Part shown: positions 1 through 9,829 of the stretch, one piece after another | Layout: each line of letters begins with the position of its first letter | How positions within the stretch are numbered: the first letter of the stretch is position 1 | Assembly (NCBI GenBank): GCA_963664815.2 | Contig: CAXXHB010000003.1 | Coordinates: 896,001 to 960,000 of the forward strand | From: Spirochaetota bacterium | GTDB taxonomy: Bacteria > Spirochaetota > UBA4802 > UBA5550 | Direction: 5' to 3' | Length of the DNA stretch: 64,000 nucleotides | Made by a program: the position numbers and the translations under genes | The notes under the pieces: generated by a model | Told to the model about the DNA's origin: nothing | Seen by the model: only the letters and a program-made list of their open reading frames with translations | Databases searched by the model: none

Positions 1-68
1 TTCAATCGTAAAATGCGATAATTGTGTAAATATCCGTAGTAGTGTACATCTTTTATGCAGGGATGTCG

Positions 69-123
69 AAGGGTGTACGGAGGATATACGGAGGGTATAT
101 TGAGGGTATATTGAGGATATATT
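69..123. repeat. Degenerate 11-bp tandem repeat, 5 units (consensus gagggtatatt)
   Basis: Units read directly: aagggtgtacg / gaggatatacg / gagggtatatt / gagggtatatt / gaggatatatt. Confidence 0.75.
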
Positions 124-138
124 GAAATATGGTAATTA

Positions 139-642
139 TTAATGTGGTGGCCCCCCCGGCCCGGATTTTCCCCCCTGTTCACGTCTGCCGCCACCCATAC
201 CACCGCCGGCAGGCTTTTTCATCGAATCGCCATCGGTACATTCCCATAGAGGATCGCCGTTGTAATTTCTCAGGTAGATATTAATTTCATCTTTTTTAAT
301 CAGCTTTGCAAGAACTATCTTCGTATTATTTTTTTTTACTACTGAACCTGTTACGGCAATTTGATCCCCGCACTTCAGGAGATTACAGTTTTTTGAAAAC
401 CAGCTGGGCCCTGCAAATATCAGAAGCTTACTGTTTTTTGTTTCTTTTATTGATATATAAAGGAAGGGTGAAATGCCGCTTCCGTCTTTTTCATCTTTTT
501 CTGTAATTTCTATAATTGTGCCGGTTGCTGTTAACGGTTTTCCCTTTCTGTAAATATCTCCATCTCCAATATTTTTATGGGGCGGCAGATCCATCGGATA
601 AGCACCCACGAAAGCCATTATGCAGACAGCGACTATTCCCAT
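139..642 (-). CDS. Hypothetical exported protein, OB-fold-like (GPSWF...GDQIAVTGS...LRNYNGDPLW) with Gly-rich tail
   Basis: 167-aa ORF with hydrophobic N-terminus; the motif pattern resembles small OB-fold periplasmic proteins. Confidence 0.55.
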   Translation of the reverse strand: MGIVAVCIMAFVGAYPMDLPPHKNIGDGDIYRKGKPLTATGTIIEITEKDEKDGSGISPFLYISIKETKNSKLLIFAGPSWFSKNCNLLKCGDQIAVTGSVVKKNNTKIVLAKLIKKDEINIYLRNYNGDPLWECTDGDSMKKPAGGGMGGGRREQGGKSGPGGPPH

Positions 643-899
643 TTGGTAAACCTGTTAATTTAAAATTCAGATAGATTATTATGATGAGTGTAACTGATCT
701 ATAATATATAATTAGACCTTATTTTAAAAACGAAAGTTCCATCGCGGGAAAATTATAATCAGACAGTACTGGTGAGGCCTTCAAATCTGGTGTGATAAAT
801 GATAAAGAAGCTTTACCATCAAGAATATGCTGCGAAGCCGGATGAAGGGTATTTTTTAATATATCGTGAGCAAAAATAACGGCATTGAATTGGCTGCAG

Positions 900-1226
900 T
901 TAAACAACCTCTGCGGTTATAGTATTCTTTTCATAACCAACCTGTACTTTGATACATGAATTACCTGACACCATGGATTCGGCACACGCTGTCTTTATTG
1001 CATCACATAGTTCAGTTATCTGCCGGCTGTCAAGCAATTGATTATATGAAGATATCATAATATCCTCTGCTGATGGTTCCGGCAGATTGGTTACCTTTAC
1101 TATATATGTTTTATAATAGCATGACCCTTCATATTTCCAGAAGGCTTCCCTGTTTTCAGCTACCCAGTCCCTGATTATTTTCAATAGTTTGCTCTTTTTT
1201 AAATACTCCTGTCCGGCATTTTTCAT
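900..1226 (-). CDS. Hypothetical protein
   Basis: 108-aa ORF with strong RBS (ggaggt) upstream of ATG; no recognisable family. Confidence 0.6.
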   Translation of the reverse strand: MKNAGQEYLKKSKLLKIIRDWVAENREAFWKYEGSCYYKTYIVKVTNLPEPSAEDIMISSYNQLLDSRQITELCDAIKTACAESMVSGNSCIKVQVGYEKNTITAEVV

Positions 1227-1531
1227 TCTTTACCTCCGGTATTACCCGCATGTTTTCCATACAGTATAGTTGTTGTAAATACAACAGGTGTAATTACAAC
1301 AATTCTTGAAGGGAGTAGAATTTTGTCAATAAAATAGTAAAAATAATTTTGCTTAAAATACGGAAAGGATAATGCCTGTCAGAATTGCAATATAGTGAAA
1401 ACAGTATTGTTTAGTTGCGTAACTGCAGATATAAAATAAAAGTTAAGATTTAACAGGAATGGTAAAATGCAAATAAATGATAAACAGAGTTTCATCGCCT
1501 CCACGTTTTTTAGTTTCCTTATGCTGATTGT

Positions 1532-1601
1532 ATTAACCGGAGGTAACCGGAAGAAAAAATATTAACAGTCATCTGATTACTTCCGGTTAATCCCGGTTAA
1601 T
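1532..1601 (-). terminator. Long imperfect inverted repeat downstream of the CoA-transferase gene
   Basis: attaaccggaggtaaccggaag ... cttccggttaatcccggttaat (19/22 matches). Confidence 0.5.
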
Positions 1602-1622
1602 TAGATATTCATTAGAATATCA

Positions 1623-3002
1623 TTACGCGATTTTATTTGTTCTTCTCCAGATCTTTTGTTCCTCTGCAGCCTTGATCAGGTCATCCCGGAAGTCAGTGTC
1701 AGCAATTGATATAAGTTTTTCGGTGCGAGACCATGTTGAATCTCCTTTCAGAGATACCCATCCGTTCTCGGTGACAATTATATTCACCATCTGACGTGTT
1801 ACAGTTGTAACTGTTCCATGGGCAAAGTAAGGGACTATTCGTGATTTTTTATTGCCGTCTTTACCTGTGAAGGTTGAGGGAAGGCATATTATACTCCGTC
1901 CTCCGTCTGACCAGAAAGAACCGCTTACATAATCAGACATACCGCCGTTTCCTGAAATCTGCTTGAAGCCTGAGCTTTCCGCGCTGATCTGGCTGTATAA
2001 GTCCACCTCAAGGGCCTGGTTGATTGAAACAAGGTTATCTATCTGTGCCAGAACACGCGGCGAGTTTGCATACTCCACATTATATGAGGACAGAGCCGGA
2101 TTGTTATGCATAAAATCATATAATTTTTTGGTGCCGAGTGCGAAGGTGTATACAATTTTACCGCGGTCAATATTCTTTTTGCTTCCATTCATTTTTCCTG
2201 ATAGCCACATGTTCATATATGAATCAGAAATCATTTCCGTGTGACCACCCAGATCTTTGAGATCAGTATCATTAATCATCTCGCCAAGTGCATTGGGCAT
2301 CGCTCCGATTCCAAGCTGGATGCAGCATCCGTCATGAAGGTGGTCTATAACGTGAGATGCAATTTTTCTGTCAATATCTGTCGGTATTGAAGCAGGAAGT
2401 TCTGCCATGTCAGGCGCGTCTCCCTCGACAATATGGGTAACCTGTGATATGTGAATCGACTCCCTCGCTCCCCCCAGGCATACAGGCATCTTGGGATTGA
2501 CTTCAACTATAACAATTTTTGATCTCGATGCCTGTATATGGCTGATAGCATTGTTCATCCCTACATTAAAATATCCATATTCATCCATCGGTGCGGTCTG
2601 TACAATAAACACTTCTCTATATCTGGTTCCGATCTTCCGCGGATTATCAGCTTTAATTTCAAAATAAGATTCGCACTCCCCAAATAGTATAGGATTATAA
2701 AACACATTCGGCCTCTTTTCCTGCATGATTCTGGAAACAGGACTAAAATGCCAGTCACAATAAGTAAACACCTCTCCATTGGGATCCTTCAGAACGACCT
2801 CCGGGACTGGAGGCAGTGTTACTGCCGAGATAATAATGATATCACGAAGCTCATCCTTTCTTGCCGCAAGCGCCCTGTCACATGCTACAGGTTTGCCATT
2901 GAAAAATCCATAATCAACCCAATCACCGTTTTTAATCTCTTTAACGGCTTCTTCCGCAGTAGTCAGTTTTTCACGATAGATGCTCATGAACGCGTTATTC
3001 AT
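1623..3002 (-). CDS. Acetyl-CoA hydrolase/transferase family (butyryl-CoA:acetate / 4-hydroxybutyrate CoA-transferase-like)
   Basis: YREKLTTAEEAV start, IQLGIGAMPNA, DLGGHTEM, SINQALEVDLYSQ and ISGNGG motifs. Confidence 0.88.
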   Translation of the reverse strand: MNNAFMSIYREKLTTAEEAVKEIKNGDWVDYGFFNGKPVACDRALAARKDELRDIIIISAVTLPPVPEVVLKDPNGEVFTYCDWHFSPVSRIMQEKRPNVFYNPILFGECESYFEIKADNPRKIGTRYREVFIVQTAPMDEYGYFNVGMNNAISHIQASRSKIVIVEVNPKMPVCLGGARESIHISQVTHIVEGDAPDMAELPASIPTDIDRKIASHVIDHLHDGCCIQLGIGAMPNALGEMINDTDLKDLGGHTEMISDSYMNMWLSGKMNGSKKNIDRGKIVYTFALGTKKLYDFMHNNPALSSYNVEYANSPRVLAQIDNLVSINQALEVDLYSQISAESSGFKQISGNGGMSDYVSGSFWSDGGRSIICLPSTFTGKDGNKKSRIVPYFAHGTVTTVTRQMVNIIVTENGWVSLKGDSTWSRTEKLISIADTDFRDDLIKAAEEQKIWRRTNKIA

Positions 3003-3321
3003 TAAAAAGCTCTCCTGATCATATATAAATTTTTAAATACATTTTGCATTAAAAAGTTTATTGTTTTTATAATATTCTATAAACAAGGTTCGAGTGAAAT
3101 ATGTTGCAAAATTATTTTAAAAAATTGGATGCATTGAGTTTGCTCATCCTGACGGAAATCAGGAATATAAAATATGTCAGTCTGAAAGGAATGTTCCTTT
3201 CGGTTTTGCCGGCAGAAATATAGTATTATATTTATTATTTATACTAAACAAAAAAATAGTTAAACATATATTAAGTATATCCGATATATTAATATGTAAA
3301 TTAAATAAATCATAATAATAT

Positions 3322-3705
3322 ATGGAGGAACTGATGAAGATATATCAGATGCACAAAAACAGAGACCACAGAGCAGAACGACAAATTATCCCCTCGGCAG
3401 TATCAAGACTGAAAACAGCGGCAGGGGGTGAGGATATTGTTATACTCACAGATGAAGCTCTAAACAGCTTCAAAAGGGAGAATTCTGCTAAAAACCGGGA
3501 GCAGGAGCTTGTAAAACTGGCACTTCAGCACATCAATGATCACAATCCGGAACTTGAAAATCCTGAAGATGATTCTGAATTCATGATGGCCGAAAAACTT
3601 GTTCTTCTTGCTGAACTGGTTATCCGCGTAGCATTGCCCGGAAAAGTGAACAACGTCTATGGACGCATAACTGATTTCGTCGTTGAACAGCTGACAAAGC
3701 AGTAA
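3322..3705 (+). CDS. Hypothetical protein
   Basis: 127-aa ORF with protein-like composition, co-oriented with the downstream CaiB gene. Confidence 0.55.
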   Translation: MEELMKIYQMHKNRDHRAERQIIPSAVSRLKTAAGGEDIVILTDEALNSFKRENSAKNREQELVKLALQHINDHNPELENPEDDSEFMMAEKLVLLAELVIRVALPGKVNNVYGRITDFVVEQLTKQ

Positions 3706-3797
3706 TAATATAAATGATAAATATTGTATCAATATATTCCGAAATTATTCAATGAATGGTACGTATTGCATTAGTAATCATATGGAGCGGATCAATT

Positions 3798-5057
3798 ATG
3801 ACAGAATTTAATATAAAACCGGGAAGCCTGGAGGGTGTGACTGTTATCGATTTTACCTGGGTGCTTGCAGGTCCTCATGCGACAAAACTTCTGGCAGATA
3901 TGGGGGCAACGGTAATCAAGATAGAGCCTTACGAAACAGGGGCCAACGAACGTCACCTTGCCCTGCAGAAAAGCCATGATGGAGTTAACCAGAGCTCCTA
4001 TTCCATAAACGTGAACCGCGGTAAAAAGAGTGTCTGTGTCAATCTGAAAACCCCTCAGGGGATGGAGCTGGTTGGAAAATTAATCCGGAAGGGGGATATA
4101 CTGGTGGAAAACTACGCACCAGGTGTCATGGATCGCCTGGGTCTGGATTATGAGTCAGTTAAAAAGATCAGAGAGAATATTATTTATTGTTCAATATCAT
4201 GCTTTGGTCACTGGGGTCCATACAGTCACAAACCGGGATACGATATGATTGCACAGCTGGCAAGCGGCTGGACCAACCAGAACGAAATGTTTCAGTTAGC
4301 TCCTGTATCAATTGGCGATACTGTTACCGGTATTCATGCAGCCCTGGCTGTCGTATCGGCTCTGCATGCAAGAGATAAGAATGGTATCGGGCAGAATATT
4401 GATATATCCATGATGGACTGTCTCTTCTCCCTTCATGAAAATACTGTTCCATGGTATACCATGGGGCAGGCAGTGGGAGAACCCGTTGATCCGCCGAAGA
4501 TAGGGCGTCTTCATGGAGGTTATGCCCCTTATGGTATATACCAGGGAAAGGACGGGGTGATAGGAATTGCTGTGTTGTCCGAAAACCGCTGGGTACCGCT
4601 GGTAAAACTGATGGGGGAGAAATATGTGTGGCTTCTCAGTGATCCCAGGTTTAAGGATACCGGTATGCGGTGTAAAAACGCGGCAGCAGTTCATCAGGTT
4701 ATGGATGAGTGGATAATGTCTTTTGATTCGGTTAAGGATGCGGAGAGACTGCTTGACCGGGAGGGAGTGCCCTGTATGAGAGCGCTCTCTATCGAGGAAC
4801 TGGTTGATTCTGATCCTCAGATTCTCGCCCGTGATATGATGCCTGTGGTGGAACAGCCTTTTATCGGTCCGATGAAGATGTTCGGAAGCCCGATAAAGAT
4901 GTCGGAAACGCCCTCGTGTATACGGGGATATGGCCCGTTGCTGGGTGAACATAACAACATTGTGCTGGCTGAAGTTCTGGGTTACAGCCAGGAACAGGTG
5001 AAGGAGTTATATGATAATAAGGTTATATATCATGAGCCGGCTGTTGAAAGGTTATGA
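3798..5057 (+). CDS. Family III CoA-transferase (CaiB/BaiF)
   Basis: LEGVTVIDFTWVLAGP, LADMGATVIKIE, NRGKKSV, ENYAPG and KPGYDMIAQ motifs; start moved to the ATG after ggag. Confidence 0.93.
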   Translation: MTEFNIKPGSLEGVTVIDFTWVLAGPHATKLLADMGATVIKIEPYETGANERHLALQKSHDGVNQSSYSINVNRGKKSVCVNLKTPQGMELVGKLIRKGDILVENYAPGVMDRLGLDYESVKKIRENIIYCSISCFGHWGPYSHKPGYDMIAQLASGWTNQNEMFQLAPVSIGDTVTGIHAALAVVSALHARDKNGIGQNIDISMMDCLFSLHENTVPWYTMGQAVGEPVDPPKIGRLHGGYAPYGIYQGKDGVIGIAVLSENRWVPLVKLMGEKYVWLLSDPRFKDTGMRCKNAAAVHQVMDEWIMSFDSVKDAERLLDREGVPCMRALSIEELVDSDPQILARDMMPVVEQPFIGPMKMFGSPIKMSETPSCIRGYGPLLGEHNNIVLAEVLGYSQEQVKELYDNKVIYHEPAVERL

Positions 5058-5081
5058 TAGACAGTTGTTCAACAGCCGGCT
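5035..5081. terminator. Perfect 14-bp inverted repeat between convergent genes
   Basis: agccggctgttgaa ... ttcaacagccggct. Confidence 0.55.
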
Positions 5082-5090
5082 GTAAATGAA

Positions 5091-6701
5091 TTATTTTTTA
5101 ACGGCATATACTCCATATTTAGAACCATTCCATGTTGTATAACCGGAGCATAAATTATCGTCCCTTGTATGATACAACAGAGTAAAATCCTGCGCCTCAT
5201 TACCGAAAGCGATATTAATGATGGCTTTATATTCAGCATTTTTATTTATATAACCTTTTACAGCTGAGGTCTTTCCATCTTCTCCTGTATATGATCCCTC
5301 AATCTGCCATTTATCAGAATTGCCGGTGAAGGAATTTTTTATCAGAAGTGTTCCGTTCCAGCCGTCATGATTCATCTTCCAGGTTCCTGACCAGCTTGTT
5401 TTATTCTTGAATCCCCCGGCATTTCCCGGAATTTCATTACGGCTTAATAATACTCCATATTGATTTTTATCCAGCGTTGTAAAACCGGCAGCATGAGTAT
5501 CATCCTGAGAAAAAACATCAACATTAAAAACCTGCCCGGACATTTTTCCAGACTTGGTATACTGACTGTCTGCAATTGTAAATGTAATGCCGTGATTATC
5601 ATCAATATTATAACCGTTAACAGCTTTATAATTTCCTGATGAATCTATAAAATGCCCTAATCTGGCAGGAGAATTTTCCGGATCAGTTGCTCTCCTGATA
5701 ACAAGAGTTCCTTTGATCCCGTCATAATCCATATTGTATACACCTATGAATCTCCCTTTTGCAGTTTCAGTTGCCGGATTTCTTACTTTTGTAATATAGG
5801 TTGCGCAATCAGATGTTTTTTCGAAAACTTCATAACTTACACGAATTGTTGATTTTTCACCCCAGGAGTTTTTAACTATAAACACTCTGTTTGGCCGGTC
5901 GTATCCTACAATAAGAATTATATGTTCACCCCCCTTTGCATCTTCAGAATATTGATAAATGCCGTTTCTGTCTTTTTTCCATTTATCTTCAATTCCAATA
6001 ATAACATCATATCCCTGGGCTACTACCTGTTCAATATTTGTACTTTCTTTGGGAGATTTAACTATTTCAAAGCTTTCAACTCCGTATTTATTGGCAGCGC
6101 GTATTGCGCTATAGGGTATATAATATGGGGAATACTCAAAAGCGTCTACCTGGGACTGTGTAACATCACAGTCTTCGCCGGACTTATTCCATGAAAGGTC
6201 GCCGCAGGCGTTATTTGTTTTTGAATTGATATATTGTTTAAGTTTATTCATCTCCTTCTGACTTAAATATCCTTTGTTTAATCCTATTGTTGATTTATAG
6301 TTAATGTCTTTCTCTGTACAAATACAATATTCTTTCGCAACAGCTACGGTTTTTGCATTACCGCCGCCCCAGTATGACGATCCGTTTTCAAACTTGTATT
6401 TTGATGTAAAACCTGGTTGTGATGTATCGAGTTTTGTTGATTTTGCAAGATGGCTGAAATACTGTTCTGATAAATCAAGAGTGAGATTATAATCGCGGAT
6501 ATATCGTGCTTCTATAGCAGCCACGATAGCAAAGGCAAAACATGTTCTTCTGCCCATCTGATTCTTTATACTGGACTGCTTCCCTGACCAATCCACTACT
6601 TCAGGCGTTTCTGCTTTCAGTGGAAAAACTGTTATTGTTAAATACAAAAGAATCAGACCAGCAAAAAGATTTATTTTTTTTCCTTTAACAGAATTTTTCA
6701 T
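5091..6701 (-). CDS. Secreted papain-like (C1 family) cysteine peptidase with two C-terminal beta-rich repeats
   Basis: Signal peptide, VDWS, KNQMGRRTCFAFA (Gln/Cys), LSEQY, HIILIVGYD (His), KNSWG (Asn). Confidence 0.88.
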   Translation of the reverse strand: MKNSVKGKKINLFAGLILLYLTITVFPLKAETPEVVDWSGKQSSIKNQMGRRTCFAFAIVAAIEARYIRDYNLTLDLSEQYFSHLAKSTKLDTSQPGFTSKYKFENGSSYWGGGNAKTVAVAKEYCICTEKDINYKSTIGLNKGYLSQKEMNKLKQYINSKTNNACGDLSWNKSGEDCDVTQSQVDAFEYSPYYIPYSAIRAANKYGVESFEIVKSPKESTNIEQVVAQGYDVIIGIEDKWKKDRNGIYQYSEDAKGGEHIILIVGYDRPNRVFIVKNSWGEKSTIRVSYEVFEKTSDCATYITKVRNPATETAKGRFIGVYNMDYDGIKGTLVIRRATDPENSPARLGHFIDSSGNYKAVNGYNIDDNHGITFTIADSQYTKSGKMSGQVFNVDVFSQDDTHAAGFTTLDKNQYGVLLSRNEIPGNAGGFKNKTSWSGTWKMNHDGWNGTLLIKNSFTGNSDKWQIEGSYTGEDGKTSAVKGYINKNAEYKAIINIAFGNEAQDFTLLYHTRDDNLCSGYTTWNGSKYGVYAVKK

Positions 6702-6951
6702 TGCTTTGTCTCCTTTACATTTTTTATTGCCACAGTGATTTTCAGTTAAAAATTTAATATTCCATACTAAAAAATCGACGAAATCGGCTGGCAGATATTT
6801 ACTATATTTAAAATTTTTTATTTAACAGTAATTCATAGTTTACTCCGTTTCAAATTAATTTATAAATCTGGAAAATATTCATTTAAGAAAAAAGAAAAAA
6901 AGTACAATAAATACCTTGAAAAATCCGGCGATATTTCGTGATTGTCTATCT

Positions 6952-7563
6952 ATGTTGGATCCATCTAAAAAAACTCTCTCCTTGCGAAAGCAGAAGGCAA
7001 ACGTGACGCGGGAGCGTATCTATACTATGGCCATTGAGCTTATCAAACAGTACGGTTTTGATAATGTCACCGTTGATGAGATATGTCGTCAGTCAGGTGT
7101 CAGAAAAGGGGCTTTCTATCATCATTTCAAATCCAAGGACGATATTGTTATTGAAGCGTACAAAATTGTTGATAAGGATTTTCTCCAGGAGGTCAGTAAT
7201 CTGTCTGCTGATACCGGATACACCGGGAAGATCTTTTTTGCGGTACTCTATCAGGCGCGACGCGTTGTTACCGAAGGGGTTGTTTTAGTCCGCCAGATTT
7301 ACAAGAGTCAGATAGATACAGGTACGTCGTTTTTTGTCTCCTCCGAAAGGCCGTTTTACCGGATGATCCATGACGCCATCGAAGAAGGACAGTCCAGGGG
7401 GGAATACATGACTGAAATGACCCCGGATGAACTGACGAGGCTGGTGTTGAGCATTTCCCGCGGCATTATTTACGACTGGTGCATGGAGGATGGCATATTT
7501 GATATTGTAGCATTTATGGAGCACTCTTTCAGAATTTTTCTGAAGGGACTAAAGATACAATAA
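6952..7563 (+). CDS. TetR/AcrR family transcriptional regulator
   Basis: N-terminal HTH GFDNVTVDEIC...GAFYHHFKSKDD; ORF track start 6916, ATG at 6952 preferred. Confidence 0.92.
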   Translation: MLDPSKKTLSLRKQKANVTRERIYTMAIELIKQYGFDNVTVDEICRQSGVRKGAFYHHFKSKDDIVIEAYKIVDKDFLQEVSNLSADTGYTGKIFFAVLYQARRVVTEGVVLVRQIYKSQIDTGTSFFVSSERPFYRMIHDAIEEGQSRGEYMTEMTPDELTRLVLSISRGIIYDWCMEDGIFDIVAFMEHSFRIFLKGLKIQ

Positions 7564-7709
7564 ATACTTATTACCCTGGCTTTCACCCTCTCCCTGATGC
7601 ATCAATGCTGCTTTTTATCTATTTTTTAAATTTCATAAATTATGCGGCTTTTTTTTATTCAGCTACAGCTGGTTTACAGGTATTATAAGTTTATTAATTG
7701 AATTTTCGA

Positions 7710-7760
7710 TTGACAAACTATAAAAATAACAGACTATAGTCTCCGACCACGGTCTGTTAT
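7710..7760 (+). promoter_or_regulatory. Sigma70-like promoter overlapped by tandem TetR-type palindromes
   Basis: ttgaca at 7710; agactatagtct (7731-7742) and cgaccacggtct (7744-7755) inside outer IR ataacagac...gtctgttat. Confidence 0.6.
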
Positions 7761-7784
7761 AAAATACATCTGCTGGAGGCCTAT

Positions 7785-9368
7785 ATGGATTTTGGAAGAA
7801 AGCCGGGAATGAAGAGCTATTCAGATGACTCAACCAGTACTCTAAGAATGAATGTTGTCAAAAATCCGGAGAAACCCGCGGTAATATGCGAGGATGTAAC
7901 ACTTACCTGGAGGCAGGTTTGGGAGCGCAGCAACAGGCTTGCCAACGCCTATATCCAGCTCGGATTGAAGAAAGGGGACAGAGTGCTGATTTTTCTGCCC
8001 AACTGCCTTGAATACATGGAGACTTACATAGGGGGGAACAAGATTGGACTTGTCAGCACGGCCGGAAATTTCAGGCTCACCGGGCTGGAGGTTGCCTACC
8101 AACTCAACGATTCCGGTGCAAGGGCTATCGTCCTGAAAACAAGAGAACAGTACGACAATATCATGGCAGTGAGGGACAAGGTACCGGCTCTTGAGTATAT
8201 CATTATGATCGATGACAGCGCACCTGAAGGGGTTCTGTCATATTATGCTCTGCTGGATAAGGCGAGTCCGGATGATCCCGATTCAGATGTAAGACCTGAG
8301 GATATTCACCTGCTTATGTATACCAGCGGAACCACCGGAAACCCCAAGGCAGCCGCGAGAACTCTTAAGAGCGATTACCATAATTCCAACGCGACTTGCC
8401 ATGAACTGGGGCTGAGTTATGATAATGTGTATCTGGCTGTGGCACCGCTATATGCAGCCGCATCAATTGGATTTGCGTATGCTGCGATGTTCTCGGGGGG
8501 TACAGTCTGCATAGTTCCGTCATTTGTTCCGGAGAAGGTTTTTTACTACATTGAAAAATACCGTGCTACCTGGATGTTCATGGTGCCGATCATGTATGAC
8601 TGGATGTTCCTGACTCCCGAGGATGTACGGGTTAAATATGACACTTCATCTCTGCGTCACGTGGTCTCATGCGGCGCACCGCTGCACAACACCACTGCTG
8701 CAAAAATGATAAATTACTTCAAATCCGCCGAGATTTCAAACTGGCTGGGATCATCAGAGTTCGGGTTCATCACCCGATACAGCTATCGAGACGGGTTAAA
8801 GGAAGATGGATGTATAGGGAAAGCGATATTCGATCTTGAGCTGAAGCTTTTCGATGATAAAGGCGCTCCGGTTAAAGATGGCGAAAGCGGAATTCTCTAC
8901 GGAAGGGGATACAGTATGTGGGAAGGTTATCTCAATAAGCCAGAGGCCACTCTTGAGGCATATTTGGATCATGAATGGGGTACTGTCGGAGATATAGCCC
9001 GGCTGGGGACTGACGGAAATTATTATATTGTTGACCGTAAAAACGATATGATAATCTCGGGCGGGATAAACATCTATCCCACAGAAGTGGAGAATGTTCT
9101 CAAAAAGCATGAGGGTATCGCTGATCTGGCGGTGATCGGTGTTCCGGATGAAAAATGGGGTGAATCCGTAAAGGCAGTTGTGGTGAGAAAACAGGGAAGC
9201 TCCGTCACTGAAGAAGAACTGATTGAATTCTGCAGAAAGGAACTCGCAGGATTCAAGGTGCCGAAATCTGTCGATTTTACCGACCAGATTCCCCGATCGT
9301 TTATAGGAAAGGCACTGAAAAAAGAGATACGGAAAAAATACTGGGAAGGGAAGAATACGGTCATCTGA
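7785..9368 (+). CDS. Acyl-CoA synthetase / AMP-binding class I adenylate-forming enzyme
   Basis: YTSGTTGNPK, GDIA, DRKNDMIISGGINIYPTEVE, PDEKWGE and GKALKK motifs. Confidence 0.93.
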   Translation: MDFGRKPGMKSYSDDSTSTLRMNVVKNPEKPAVICEDVTLTWRQVWERSNRLANAYIQLGLKKGDRVLIFLPNCLEYMETYIGGNKIGLVSTAGNFRLTGLEVAYQLNDSGARAIVLKTREQYDNIMAVRDKVPALEYIIMIDDSAPEGVLSYYALLDKASPDDPDSDVRPEDIHLLMYTSGTTGNPKAAARTLKSDYHNSNATCHELGLSYDNVYLAVAPLYAAASIGFAYAAMFSGGTVCIVPSFVPEKVFYYIEKYRATWMFMVPIMYDWMFLTPEDVRVKYDTSSLRHVVSCGAPLHNTTAAKMINYFKSAEISNWLGSSEFGFITRYSYRDGLKEDGCIGKAIFDLELKLFDDKGAPVKDGESGILYGRGYSMWEGYLNKPEATLEAYLDHEWGTVGDIARLGTDGNYYIVDRKNDMIISGGINIYPTEVENVLKKHEGIADLAVIGVPDEKWGESVKAVVVRKQGSSVTEEELIEFCRKELAGFKVPKSVDFTDQIPRSFIGKALKKEIRKKYWEGKNTVI

Positions 9369-9429
9369 TCCAGTATTGATTTTAATCTGTTGCAACGCAA
9401 CATACTTTATTATTTGATATAATCAACAT

Positions 9430-9470
9430 GAGGGATATGATTCTTTTACATTCATATCCCTCTTTTATTT
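9430..9470 (+). terminator. Rho-independent terminator
   Basis: gagggatatga...tcatatccctc followed by T-run. Confidence 0.65.
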
Positions 9471-9600
9471 TTGTAGTATAACAGTTAAATTATCAGTAAA
9501 AAACGTCTGACTCAAGTCAGGTTATTTACTAATTCGATCTTTTTATATATATTTTAGATGATCTATCAATAGCAGTTAACGATTGAATCAGTACACTCAT

Positions 9601-9740
9601 TGTCATTCCCGCGAAGGCGGGAATCCCATAGGACAAGTGTTATGAGATTACGACAGTGCAGCCACGATGGCTGCCTGCAAGCACGAAACAGGATGTTTTT
9701 ATAATGCCTGCTTTTCGTTGGTACTATGGCCGGAATGACA
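9601..9740. mobile_element. REP/MITE-like palindromic element (ATTCCC-N8-GGGAAT core)
   Basis: Terminal IR tgtcattcc...ggaatgaca; internal hairpin attcccgcgaaggcgggaat. Confidence 0.6.
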
Positions 9741-9829
9741 TGGAGCTAATCATATTGTGAAATGCTATAAACAAAATTTGGACTAAAAGATTCTGGGTAA
9801 ATTAGTTAAGAATAAGGGAGTGTTTGTTT

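Noticed and set aside
69-123. CRISPR array
   Set aside because: Contiguous 11-bp units with no unique spacers, and no cas genes in the window
719-907. 62-aa ORF overlapping the 108-aa hypothetical gene
   Set aside because: No RBS or motif support that I can see
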